Shown: positions 9,880 through 18,468, numbered from the stretch's first letter. The stretch: DNA of 32,000 nucleotides from Erysipelotrichaceae bacterium MTC7 (GCA_001695645.1 LVZN01000001.1:180001-212000); one strand, 5' to 3'. A program made the numbers and translations. The notes: generated by a model from the sequence alone, not told the origin.

Positions 9880-11614
9880 GATGATCTCCCTTCATTTGAA
9901 TTGGAATTTGGATAATAACCGTCGTTCCAAAATGTGGTTCACTTTTCCAACGTAAACCATAATTCTCCCCATAATACAATTTGATCCTGCGATCGACATT
10001 TTTCACCCCAATGCTGCGATTGTCATCATGCAATAGTTCTTCTAAGGTTTTACTTGAACCAACCCCGTTGTCATACACAGAGAAATATAAGTATTCTTCC
10101 ACTTTCCATGCATGAATTTCAATGCGTCCGCCAGTTTCTCCAAGCGGTTCAATTCCATGCATAATTGCATTTTCAACCAATGGTTGAAACAAGAACTTTG
10201 GAATTACGTAGGGACGAACATCATCTTGTACCGAAATCGAAAACGATAATCGTTCTCCGTATCGGATTTTCTGGATGTTAACATAACTTTCAATCAGTCG
10301 CATTTCTTCATCAACACCGACAAACATTGTACTCATATCCATATTTCCTTTAAGCAAAATACCAAGTTCTGTAACCATAAAAACAATATCATCGGTTTCT
10401 TGGAGTTTTGCTTTCCACTTAATGGAATCAAACGTGTTGTATAAAAAGTGTGGATTGATTTGTGCAATCAACGATTTAATTTCTGCTTTTCGTAGCAAGT
10501 CCTGTTTTTCAATATCTTCAGCATGATATCGGTACATACGATCCATCAATAAATCAAACTGCTCATAAATCACACCAACTTCATCTTCACGATTTGTCAT
10601 TAAATGAATTGGTTGTGCTCCTGGTGTGAACTGGCTCATCTTGTTGGCGAGTTCTACCACCGGATTGGATATGTTTCTTCCCACTAACCAACTGATGATA
10701 CTCACAGCAATTACCACAATAGCCAAGAGTATTACAATAATGATGGTAAGTAGTGACCCTTGTTCTTCCAACATCGCTTTGGGTATTAAACCTAAGTATG
10801 TAATATTTAGCTTTTGACTTTTTTGACTCATCGCAATCATTCCGGATAGTTCTTGTTCTAAGGTTGCATCGCTGCGATCAAATACCTGTCCATAACGAAA
10901 CATGCGATCCAAGGAATTGGACACAGAGTTTGTCGAAAAATCGTTATAAATCACTTCATCATGATTACCAGTAATGACAAATTGGATGTAACCAAAGGCG
11001 GTTCCTTTAACAATAGATAACAAATTTTGAATATATTCAGAACCAATGTCGACAATGATGTATCCAATGATTTGCTTTTGATCGACTACACTTCGAATAA
11101 ACGAAGTCGAATTCTTTTTCGTTTCATCAAGTGAATAATTGGGATACATAAAAACACCATTCGTGTTTTTTGATTCTCTAAAAATACCCCAATTTTCATA
11201 ATCAGGAAGTTGATAGTGATCAGGCAAGGTATCCGTGCCAAAATACGTTCCATCTGGTTTGATTAAATACATCGACATATAGGCACTATCTTTACCCATC
11301 AACAAGTAAAAATCTTTGTTTAATTCCATGCGATCATTTGCCGTGAATTCATCTTGTTTTAAAACATTAACCATTTTCGAACTCACTGCTAAACTATCCA
11401 AATCATCTGCAATTCGCTCAAAATTAGTCGTAACCAGTCGGTCTGCTGAATTTAGAGTTTCATCTAAGCGGGAACGCACACTCGTAACATCTGAGGTATT
11501 CACAAAATACAAAGAAAAAAAACTAAGCACAAGCATTGGCAAAATGGATAACAATAATAACGTTATCGTTAATTTTCGCTTAAAACTTGGTTTTAGTTTT
11601 TTTCTTATCATCAT
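9872..11614 (-). CDS. sensor histidine kinase, YesM/LytS-type (two TM segments, extracellular sensor domain, HAMP, His_kinase, HATPase)
   Basis: Contains NPHFLYNTFDSI (the PF06580-type H box), the HATPase segment GGRIEIHAW...VYDNGVG, and two hydrophobic segments flanking a ~270-aa extracytoplasmic region. AGGAG lies 6 nt upstream of the ATG at 11614. Confidence 0.88.
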   Translation of the reverse strand: MMIRKKLKPSFKRKLTITLLLLSILPMLVLSFFSLYFVNTSDVTSVRSRLDETLNSADRLVTTNFERIADDLDSLAVSSKMVNVLKQDEFTANDRMELNKDFYLLMGKDSAYMSMYLIKPDGTYFGTDTLPDHYQLPDYENWGIFRESKNTNGVFMYPNYSLDETKKNSTSFIRSVVDQKQIIGYIIVDIGSEYIQNLLSIVKGTAFGYIQFVITGNHDEVIYNDFSTNSVSNSLDRMFRYGQVFDRSDATLEQELSGMIAMSQKSQKLNITYLGLIPKAMLEEQGSLLTIIIVILLAIVVIAVSIISWLVGRNISNPVVELANKMSQFTPGAQPIHLMTNREDEVGVIYEQFDLLMDRMYRYHAEDIEKQDLLRKAEIKSLIAQINPHFLYNTFDSIKWKAKLQETDDIVFMVTELGILLKGNMDMSTMFVGVDEEMRLIESYVNIQKIRYGERLSFSISVQDDVRPYVIPKFLFQPLVENAIMHGIEPLGETGGRIEIHAWKVEEYLYFSVYDNGVGSSKTLEELLHDDNRSIGVKNVDRRIKLYYGENYGLRWKSEPHFGTTVIIQIPIQMKGDHHV

Positions 11615-11622
11615 ATATACTC

Positions 11623-13314
11623 CTAAACTACAGACACTTTTCCTTTACTAATAATATGGAAAAGAATAAACGATACAACCGTTGCTAATGTTAAAATACT
11701 AGCTAACGCTGCTGCCGTACCAAAACTTGCACGAACAACCTCTGTATAAATGGCAACTGAAATTGTTGCTGTCTTACCAGTATATAGCATAATACTAGAG
11801 CTTAGTTCGTTAATGGTACTAATCCAACTTAAAATGGCACCAGATACAATTCCAGGTAACATCAATCTAGCTGTAATCTTGAAAAATGAACGCATTGGTG
11901 AAACTCCAAGGTTAATTGATGCTTCTTCAATACTTTGATCCACTTGTTGCAGCATCGCACTCGATGAACGTACCGTATATGGCATTTTTCGAATGACATA
12001 GGCAACAATCATAATGATTGGCGTCCCAGTAATTGCCAGTGGTGGATTTTTAAAGGCTAAAGCCAATCCAATACCCAAGACAGCTCCAGGGATTACATAT
12101 GGGAACATCACAAGTACGTCCAATACTTCTGATGATTTACTTCTACGTTTGGTAATTAGATATGCGATAATTATACCTAATACTATTATAATAATAATTG
12201 CTATAAAAGAAAAAGTAAATGTATTACGTATGTTTGTTCCTAATTTATAGAAAATTGTTCGATAACTATCCAAACTGAATCCAGATACAAATAATGGACC
12301 TTTTGTTTTGATAAATGAAGTTACCACAACCACGATTTGTGGTAAAAATGTAATTGTTGCAACTAGAAACGTTAGTCCACTTAATAACACTCTTGGTAAC
12401 GTACGTAATTTTGTTACTACTGGCGGACGTAACGAACTCATGTTGTACACTTTTTTATCAATCACACGTTTTTGGAATAGCAATACGATAGTTGAAAATG
12501 AAACGATAATAATACTTAATGCACTTGCTAATCCAGCATTCCCACCAACTTCGCTCATAAACTCTTCGTAAACAAGAACCGGTAACACTTTAAACCCTTC
12601 ACCAATAAGCATCGGTGTCCCAAAATCTGCAAGAGATGACATGAATACCATGATTCCACCAGCTGCAATTGTTGGCATAATGACTGGAAATGTTACACTC
12701 ATAATTCTTCTAAATTTACTCATACCTAGGTTTTCTGCAGCTTCCTCTAAAGAAGAGTCAATGCTGTTTAACGCACCAGATACATATAAATATACATAAG
12801 GATATAGTTTCAATGTAAAGACGAGAATGATCCCAACAAATCCATAGATAGAAGGAACGTTAATTCCAATATTAGCTAATGTATTGGTAATTACTCCATT
12901 ACGTCCAAGCAACATGATCCATGAATAGGCACCGATAAAAGGTGGCGACATCAATGACATCACGATCATTACATTCACAATTCGTTTTCCCCACACGTTA
13001 TAACGTGCAGTTAAGTAAGCCAGTGGAACCCCAATCAATACAGCACTGATTGTTGTTACAACAGCAACCAATAAGGAATTGAATAGTGTACCATAATAAT
13101 ATTTAAATGAAACAAAGGTTTCAAAATTCACAAGTGAGAAGTTACCATCTACATCAAAGAAACTTCGCATAAATAACGAGACAAACGGATAAAGTAGGAA
13201 AATCAGAAAGACTAGAAATACAACGACTTTACTGATTGACCAAAAGTCCATTCGTTTGGTTTTCTTGTTAGTAAATAGTGCGCTCCATCTAATTGCTTTG
13301 ATTTTATTAAGCAT
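11623..13314 (-). CDS. ABC transporter permease, fused two-domain (FbpB/AfuB-type)
   Basis: This 563-aa protein has about 12 hydrophobic segments arranged as two repeated BPD-type halves. It overlaps the ATPase stop by 8 nt. Confidence 0.85.
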   Translation of the reverse strand: MLNKIKAIRWSALFTNKKTKRMDFWSISKVVVFLVFLIFLLYPFVSLFMRSFFDVDGNFSLVNFETFVSFKYYYGTLFNSLLVAVVTTISAVLIGVPLAYLTARYNVWGKRIVNVMIVMSLMSPPFIGAYSWIMLLGRNGVITNTLANIGINVPSIYGFVGIILVFTLKLYPYVYLYVSGALNSIDSSLEEAAENLGMSKFRRIMSVTFPVIMPTIAAGGIMVFMSSLADFGTPMLIGEGFKVLPVLVYEEFMSEVGGNAGLASALSIIIVSFSTIVLLFQKRVIDKKVYNMSSLRPPVVTKLRTLPRVLLSGLTFLVATITFLPQIVVVVTSFIKTKGPLFVSGFSLDSYRTIFYKLGTNIRNTFTFSFIAIIIIIVLGIIIAYLITKRRSKSSEVLDVLVMFPYVIPGAVLGIGLALAFKNPPLAITGTPIIMIVAYVIRKMPYTVRSSSAMLQQVDQSIEEASINLGVSPMRSFFKITARLMLPGIVSGAILSWISTINELSSSIMLYTGKTATISVAIYTEVVRASFGTAAALASILTLATVVSFILFHIISKGKVSVV

Positions 13315-14371
13315 TTAGATTCACCTTACCTTCTGCATCGAACACATTGATATCTTTCGCTGACAAGCAAACCTTCACTGGTCCTTCTGGTTTTGCTTCA
13401 TCAATGTTTTGCGTGTATTCGTTAACTTCAATCGATTGTCCGTTTGCTAATTCAATATCATAAGAGATAAAATCTCCCAGGAATGTTGATAGTACAATCT
13501 CACCAGCCAGACCTTCATCGGTTTGACTTACTGCAAACTGTTCTGGACGTACAGAAACCAGTACATCTTCACCTACTGTTGCATTTATGTTTTTATGAAA
13601 CGTATAACCATCAACTTCAATCGTATTGTCTGCAACAACTTTCCCTTTAAGGAAGTTTGATGTTCCAATGAAGTTAGAAACAAACTCACATGAAGGATTA
13701 CTATAAATAACATTTGGTTTGTCTACTTGCATAACTTCACCTTTGTTCATGACCGCAATACGATCGGAAATTGCAAGCGCTTCTTCTTGATCATGCGTTA
13801 CATAGATTGTAGTGATGTTTAACTTTCTTTGAAGTTTTTTAATTGTTGTACGCATTTGTACACGTAATTTTGCATCCAAGTTACTTAATGGCTCATCCAT
13901 TAATAAAATCTTTGGTTCAATGACAATCGCTCTTGCTAATGCAACACGTTGTTGTTGACCACCTGATAATTGACTTGGCATACGATCTTTTAAATGTTCA
14001 ATTTGTACCACTTCCAAAGCATTTTGAATACGTTTTGCTGCTTCATCTTTTGGTACCTTACGTGCTTTTAGTCCGTATCCAACATTATCATATACACTTA
14101 AATGCGGGAATACGGCATAGTTTTGAAAGACCATTCCAATATCACGTTTGTGTGCTGCCTCGTTATTGATCATTTTATCTGCGAAATAAATTTCCCCTTC
14201 TTCAATGGAGTTAAATCCTGCAATCATTCTGAGCAACGTTGTTTTACCACAACCACTTGGTCCTAACAATGTAAAGAACTCCCCTTCTTTAATTGATAAA
14301 GACACATCATCAATTGCTCTGAAATCCCCATACTCTTTTACTACTTCTTTTATATTCACATTTACGCTCAT
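13307..14371 (-). CDS. ABC transporter ATP-binding protein (PotA/FbpC-type with C-terminal TOBE-like domain)
   Basis: Contains Walker A GPSGCGKTT, signature LSGGQQQRVALARA and Walker B LLMDEPLS. AAAGGAG lies upstream of the ATG at 14371. Confidence 0.92.
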   Translation of the reverse strand: MSVNVNIKEVVKEYGDFRAIDDVSLSIKEGEFFTLLGPSGCGKTTLLRMIAGFNSIEEGEIYFADKMINNEAAHKRDIGMVFQNYAVFPHLSVYDNVGYGLKARKVPKDEAAKRIQNALEVVQIEHLKDRMPSQLSGGQQQRVALARAIVIEPKILLMDEPLSNLDAKLRVQMRTTIKKLQRKLNITTIYVTHDQEEALAISDRIAVMNKGEVMQVDKPNVIYSNPSCEFVSNFIGTSNFLKGKVVADNTIEVDGYTFHKNINATVGEDVLVSVRPEQFAVSQTDEGLAGEIVLSTFLGDFISYDIELANGQSIEVNEYTQNIDEAKPEGPVKVCLSAKDINVFDAEGKVNLNA

Positions 14372-14397
14372 TGTGTTTCTCCTTTAATTATAGAAAT

Positions 14398-14423
14398 GGG
14401 GGAAAGGAGACTTCCTTTCCCCC
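14398..14423 (-). other. intercistronic GC-rich hairpin between the binding-protein and ATPase genes
   Basis: A perfect 11-bp stem, GGGGGAAAGGA / TCCTTTCCCCC, with a 4-nt loop. It sits 6 nt after the SBP stop (14430-14432), and no strong U-run follows on the minus strand. Confidence 0.6.
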
Positions 14424-14429
14424 AATGGA

Positions 14430-15467
14430 TTAGTATTTAACAATAATTTGTTTCCATTCGTTTAGAATTTTTTCTTTATCATTTGATGCCCATTTAAAGT
14501 CATAGTCAACAAGTTTAATATCTTCTAATGGTTGTAACCCTTCTGGAGCAGCTACATCATCTCTAATTGAACGACGACTTAACTCTTTTGACATAATTTC
14601 TTGTGTTTCTTTACTTAAGACAAAATCGATAAATGCTTTTGCATTTGCTTTGTTTTTTGCATCTTTAATAATTGCAACTCCATCAGGAACAGCACTTGTT
14701 CCTTCTTCAGGATATACTATTTCAACTGGTGCACCGTTTAATACATATTTGATTGCTTCTTTTTCAAGTGTTAGTCCAAGTGCGTATTCTCCATCTGCTA
14801 CTCCTTTGTATACAGAAGAAGAACTTGATAATAATTTTCCATCTAAGTTTTGGTAGAATTTATCAATAAAGTCCCAACCTTTTCCATTGTCTTTACCATA
14901 TGCTTCCACCATTGTTGCTAGAATTGTGTAAGCTGATCCACTTTTAGCAGGATCTGCCATTGCGATTTTTCCTTCGAATTCAGCTTTTGTTGCATCAGCC
15001 CATTTTGTTGGAACATCTGCTTCACTTACTAAGTTTTTGTTGTACATAAGAACCATTGGAAGTGGGCTTTCCCCAATCCATTTATAATCTTTGTCGTAGT
15101 ATTTTGCATCAATGTGATCCAATTCTTTTGATTCGTATGCTTCAAAGTATTTTGTGTAAGATGCCAAAGACTCAGCTCCTCCACCCCATAGAACATCTCC
15201 TAAAGGATTTCCATCTTCAGACTCTACACGTTTAAGTAATTCCCCTGTACCAGCTGCCACAACATCAACCTTGATTCCTGTTTTTTCTTGGAATTCTTTT
15301 ACAACTAAGTTAATTGTTTCTGCAGGGTGAGGTGAATAAACAGTTAAACTATCTGTCTTTTCTTCTTTCCCACTGTCTTCTTTAGCTTTTGTGTCATCCC
15401 CTGACGAACACGCAACTAATGAGATTCCTAGCACAGCTAGTAAAAATAATTTAAAAAACTTTTTCAT
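14430..15467 (-). CDS. ABC transporter substrate-binding lipoprotein (FbpA/AfuA/PotD-like family; ligand unknown)
   Basis: The signal peptide has lipobox LVAC (MKKFFKLFLLAVLGISLVACSS). The ~320-aa mature domain has the TVYSPHP... start typical of this SBP family. AGGAGG lies 5 nt upstream. Confidence 0.85.
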   Translation of the reverse strand: MKKFFKLFLLAVLGISLVACSSGDDTKAKEDSGKEEKTDSLTVYSPHPAETINLVVKEFQEKTGIKVDVVAAGTGELLKRVESEDGNPLGDVLWGGGAESLASYTKYFEAYESKELDHIDAKYYDKDYKWIGESPLPMVLMYNKNLVSEADVPTKWADATKAEFEGKIAMADPAKSGSAYTILATMVEAYGKDNGKGWDFIDKFYQNLDGKLLSSSSSVYKGVADGEYALGLTLEKEAIKYVLNGAPVEIVYPEEGTSAVPDGVAIIKDAKNKANAKAFIDFVLSKETQEIMSKELSRRSIRDDVAAPEGLQPLEDIKLVDYDFKWASNDKEKILNEWKQIIVKY

Positions 15468-15501
15468 GATATCCTCCTCTTAAAGTTTTCTGTGTTATTT
15501 T

Positions 15502-15524
15502 GTTAAAACGCGTTTGGTTTTAAC
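15502..15524. promoter_or_regulatory. 8-bp inverted repeat in the ABC-operon leader
   Basis: GTTAAAAC gcgtttg GTTTTAAC lies 35-57 nt upstream of the SBP start codon. The same GTTAAAA core opens the two 32-bp direct repeats nearby. Confidence 0.4.
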
Positions 15525-15564
15525 CACCTGTCCATAGATTATCATGCACAAAAGGTGCGTACAA

Positions 15565-15596
15565 TGTTAAAAAAACACCAAAATGTTTAATATTTT
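15565..15596 (+). repeat. direct repeat copy 1 (32 bp) in the divergent control region
   Basis: TGTTAAAAAAACACCAAAATGTTTAATATTTT matches copy 2 at 31 of 32 positions, offset by exactly 42 bp. Confidence 0.9.
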
Positions 15597-15606
15597 GCAT
15601 GGCTAC

Positions 15607-15638
15607 TGTTAAAAAAAAACCAAAATGTTTAATATTTT
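15607..15638 (+). repeat. direct repeat copy 2 (32 bp), overlapping the -35 region of a candidate mutase promoter
   Basis: The sequence is TGTTAAAAAAAAACCAAAATGTTTAATATTTT. A weak -35 (TGTTTA, 15626-15631) is followed by 17 nt and TGTAAT (15649-15654). Confidence 0.9.
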
Positions 15639-15694
15639 ACTTACGTATTGTAATCCACGAAAAAATCCAATTAAATGGGGGTGAGGTGATAAGA

Positions 15695-17095
15695 ATGATA
15701 GAATTTGGAACAGGTGGCTGGAGAGCCATCATCGCTGATGGATTCACAAAAAGTAACGTCCAACAGCTCGCACAAGCAGTCGCATTAGACATTAAAAACC
15801 CGGAAGTAGTAATCGGGTATGATCGTCGATTTTTATCGGATGTAGCAGCTAAATGGTTTTCAGGGGTCCTAGCTGCCAATGGGGTGAAAGTACACTTCAT
15901 TGATCATGCTGCACCAACACCACAAATTATGTTTGCGGTACAACAAATGGACTTGGATTATGGAATTGCAATTACTGCAAGTCACAACCCTGCAACCTAT
16001 AATGGTATAAAAGTATTTGTTAAAGATGGAAAAGATGCAACCGAAAAAGATACAAAACGCTTAGAAAACATTTTACATGATGGCGTTGAAGTAAAAAGCA
16101 TTTCCTTTGAAGAAGGATTGGATAATGGATATGTATCGTATTACAATCCACAAAATGACTATATTGATAAAATCTTGTCGTTTATTGATATGAGTGCGAT
16201 TCGCAAAGCGAATCTTAAAGTTTTAGTTGACACTATGTATGGAGTTTCTAAAACATCGCTTTCTATTATACTAAATACAACACGTTGTGAACTTGATGTA
16301 ATTAACGATCGTCACGATACGTTGTTTGGTGGAAAGCTACCTTCACCATCAGCTGCAACACTACACAAGTTAAGCGATATGGTAAAAGCAAGTAATTACG
16401 ATTTAGGGATTGCCACAGATGGAGATGCTGACCGTTTGGGTATTATTGACAACAACGGTAAGTTTATTCACCCAAACACATTACTATCTTTGATTTACTA
16501 TTACTTACTTAGTTATAAAAAATGGAGTGGACCAGCAGCAAGAAACCTTTCAACCACACATATGCTTGATCGTATTGCAAAAGCATATGGACAAGAAGTT
16601 ATTGAAACACCAGTTGGTTTTAAGCACATTACGTATGCCATGGAAAACAACGGTGCCATCATTGGTGGTGAATCAAGTGGTGGATTAACTATTCAAGGTC
16701 ACATTCATGGAAAAGATGGAATCTTTGCAGCAAGTCTACTTGTAGAAATGATTGCTGTTACAGGGAAAAGTATTCATGAACTTGTTGAAGAGTTGTATGA
16801 AAAATTTGGTGAATTGTACACAGTTGAACGTGACTATAAATTTAGCCAAGCGAAGAAAGAGCAAATTAATAACATTCTTATGAAAGACAAATCTTTACCA
16901 GACTTCCACAATGAAGTGGAACGTGTAAGTTACATGGATGGTCTAAAAGTATACTTTACTGATGGCTCTTGGGTTAGTGCCCGTTTCTCAGGAACAGAAC
17001 CACTTCTACGAATCTTCAGTGAAACAGAAACAAACGCTTTAAGTGTCTCTTATGTGGAAACATTAGAAACATTCCTTGATATTAAAGCAATGTAA
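15695..17095 (+). CDS. alpha-D-phosphohexomutase (phosphoglucomutase/phosphomannomutase family)
   Basis: Contains TASHNP (catalytic Ser loop), DGDADR (Mg loop) and GGESSGG (sugar loop). The start is set at ATG 15695 (MIEFGTGGWR), behind GGGGGTGAGGTG. The 32 upstream codons in the ORF track run through the repeat/promoter region. Confidence 0.9.
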   Translation: MIEFGTGGWRAIIADGFTKSNVQQLAQAVALDIKNPEVVIGYDRRFLSDVAAKWFSGVLAANGVKVHFIDHAAPTPQIMFAVQQMDLDYGIAITASHNPATYNGIKVFVKDGKDATEKDTKRLENILHDGVEVKSISFEEGLDNGYVSYYNPQNDYIDKILSFIDMSAIRKANLKVLVDTMYGVSKTSLSIILNTTRCELDVINDRHDTLFGGKLPSPSAATLHKLSDMVKASNYDLGIATDGDADRLGIIDNNGKFIHPNTLLSLIYYYLLSYKKWSGPAARNLSTTHMLDRIAKAYGQEVIETPVGFKHITYAMENNGAIIGGESSGGLTIQGHIHGKDGIFAASLLVEMIAVTGKSIHELVEELYEKFGELYTVERDYKFSQAKKEQINNILMKDKSLPDFHNEVERVSYMDGLKVYFTDGSWVSARFSGTEPLLRIFSETETNALSVSYVETLETFLDIKAM

Positions 17096-17130
17096 TCATT
17101 TCCTCCAATGGATGATTGAATCTCTAACAT

Positions 17131-17158
17131 AAAAGCGGGACGCATATCCCGCTTTTAT
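17131..17158 (+). terminator. intrinsic terminator of the mutase gene
   Basis: AGCGGGA cgcata TCCCGCT (17134-17153), followed by TTTTATGTT. Confidence 0.8.
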
Positions 17159-17170
17159 GTTGTCTTGATG

Positions 17171-17200
17171 AAAAAAAGAGCAACTACTGCTAGTCACTCT
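17171..17200 (-). terminator. intrinsic terminator of the 64-aa gene
   Basis: On the minus strand: AGAGTGACTA gcag TAGTTGCTCT (10-bp stem with 2 G-U pairs), followed by TTTTTTT. Confidence 0.55.
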
Positions 17201-17216
17201 TTTGGGCAAAACAAGT

Positions 17217-17411
17217 TTATTTTTTAACTTTGTCTTTTAATTCATCGAATTTATCTTCAACTGCATCTTTTGCATCTCCAGCTTTATCTGCTACATCTTC
17301 ACCAAAGTCTTTCACTTTATCAGCAGCTTCTTTCGCCTTATCTGATACATCTTTTCCAAAATCTTCTGCTTTGTCTTTCAATTCATCTAATTTGTTTTTT
17401 AAATCTGCCAT
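17217..17411 (-). CDS. small highly charged repeat protein (64 aa; stress-protein/LEA-like composition)
   Basis: The protein is MADLKNKLDELKDKAEDFGKDVSDKAKEAADKVKDFGEDVADKAGDAKDAVEDKFDELKDKVKK. AGGAG lies 9 nt upstream and the gene has its own terminator. Internal repeats are DFG(K/E)DV(S/A)DKA x2 and (L/F)DELKDK at both ends. Confidence 0.7.
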   Translation of the reverse strand: MADLKNKLDELKDKAEDFGKDVSDKAKEAADKVKDFGEDVADKAGDAKDAVEDKFDELKDKVKK

Positions 17412-17520
17412 AATATGTTCCTCCTATATTATCCCTGGTCTTTCAACCTGTAAATATAGTGTACCATAGATAACTTTTCTTTCAATTTAGACGCTCAATA
17501 TTGTTATGAAAATATAAATA

Positions 17521-18279
17521 TTATCCAATTAGATACATATCTTTTAATTTTTGACGCTCCTTATCACTTACATATAAAGCCTTTGTAATATAGGCATCAA
17601 ACGAACCATAATTTTTATTCGCTTCATCGTATGCTGCTTCTAAGAAGTCTGCACTTACTGACATAAGTGCCAAAAAGCGTTCAATTTCTTGTTCTGTTTT
17701 TCCTTTTGCACGTAGTCCTTTAGCCATTTCTTCGTTGGCTTGTTTACGACTGGCATTTGTCTTCAAGTAATCTTCCATAATGTCTGCTTCAGACACTCCA
17801 AGTATCGTTAAGATGATTGCTGCAGCAAGACCGGTCCGATCTTTACCTGCTTGACAGTGAAATAGCACAGCTCCAATTTCCTGCTTAAGCAATACATCCA
17901 CAAACGCACGATATTGCTTTTGTGCATAGGGATTCATAATCAACTGTCGATACAATCCTTTCATCAAACCATGAACATCATGTTCATCAATGCTTTGCAT
18001 CAACGTTTCTTGGGTTGTTGTTTTCGTATCACCTTCCATGATACTAATGTGATAGTTTTTCACTCCATCGATTTGATCATCAGGGTGTTTAACCAGTTCA
18101 TCATCTCGTCGCAAATCAACAACTGTTCTTAATTCGTACGTATCTACCAAAGTATCTTGTTCATTCTTTGGAAGATCCTGTAATACCCCACTTCTAAGCA
18201 ATCGATGTTTCTTTACTGTTTCCCCACTTCTTGTCTTAAGGCCCCCTAAGTCTCTAAAGTTAACTAATTTTTCAAACAT
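17521..18279 (-). CDS. protein-tyrosine/dual-specificity phosphatase-like protein (CX5R)
   Basis: Contains the HCQAGKDRTG active-site loop. The N-terminal NFRDLGG is typical of the bacterial Y_phosphatase3-type family. Confidence 0.8.
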   Translation of the reverse strand: MFEKLVNFRDLGGLKTRSGETVKKHRLLRSGVLQDLPKNEQDTLVDTYELRTVVDLRRDDELVKHPDDQIDGVKNYHISIMEGDTKTTTQETLMQSIDEHDVHGLMKGLYRQLIMNPYAQKQYRAFVDVLLKQEIGAVLFHCQAGKDRTGLAAAIILTILGVSEADIMEDYLKTNASRKQANEEMAKGLRAKGKTEQEIERFLALMSVSADFLEAAYDEANKNYGSFDAYITKALYVSDKERQKLKDMYLIG

Positions 18280-18362
18280 ATTCTACCTCTTCTAATTATG
18301 TATATATTGTAGCACACAGATATGACCCAAACCTGCTGTTGCTTATTTTATTCGAATAGTAT

Positions 18363-18391
18363 TTGTGTATCACACACTAATTTTCTACAAT
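18363..18391 (+). promoter_or_regulatory. candidate sigma-A promoter reading into the silent hsdS cassette and the recombinase gene
   Basis: TTGTGT (18363-18368), 17 nt spacer, TACAAT (18386-18391). The -35 is weak. This is the only plausible plus-strand promoter I can see upstream of 19589. Confidence 0.3.
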
Positions 18392-18468
18392 GAAGATACC
18401 ACATATAACACTCTTACTAATCAAACTTTACAAGTAATAGTTTTTTAATCACATGCAAGTGATAAAAC

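Noticed and set aside
15599-15694. The N-terminal extensions proposed by the ORF track. This covers the mutase gene here, and likewise trpA 1246-1293, trpG 5354-5413, the nucleotidyltransferase 8077-8085, PAP2 26985-27035, the 126-aa gene 28925-28954 and the fumarase beta subunit 31155-31190.
   Set aside because: Each extension starts at a non-ATG codon or an ATG without an RBS. Each also runs through an upstream gene, a terminator or a repeat region. Internal ATGs with good RBSs or ATGA coupling give family-typical N-termini.
17430-17455. A sigma-B-like promoter (ATTTAC-n14-GGGATA) upstream of the 64-aa charged protein gene.
   Set aside because: The -10-like element ends only 18 nt before the ATG, so the transcript would start inside the AGGAG RBS. 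The match to GTTTAA/GGGTAT is also poor.
17230-17469. A 79-aa Ser-rich plus-strand ORF.
   Set aside because: It is the mirror image of the repetitive GA-rich coding sequence of the 64-aa gene on the other strand. It has low-complexity composition, no RBS, and runs through that gene's RBS and promoter region.
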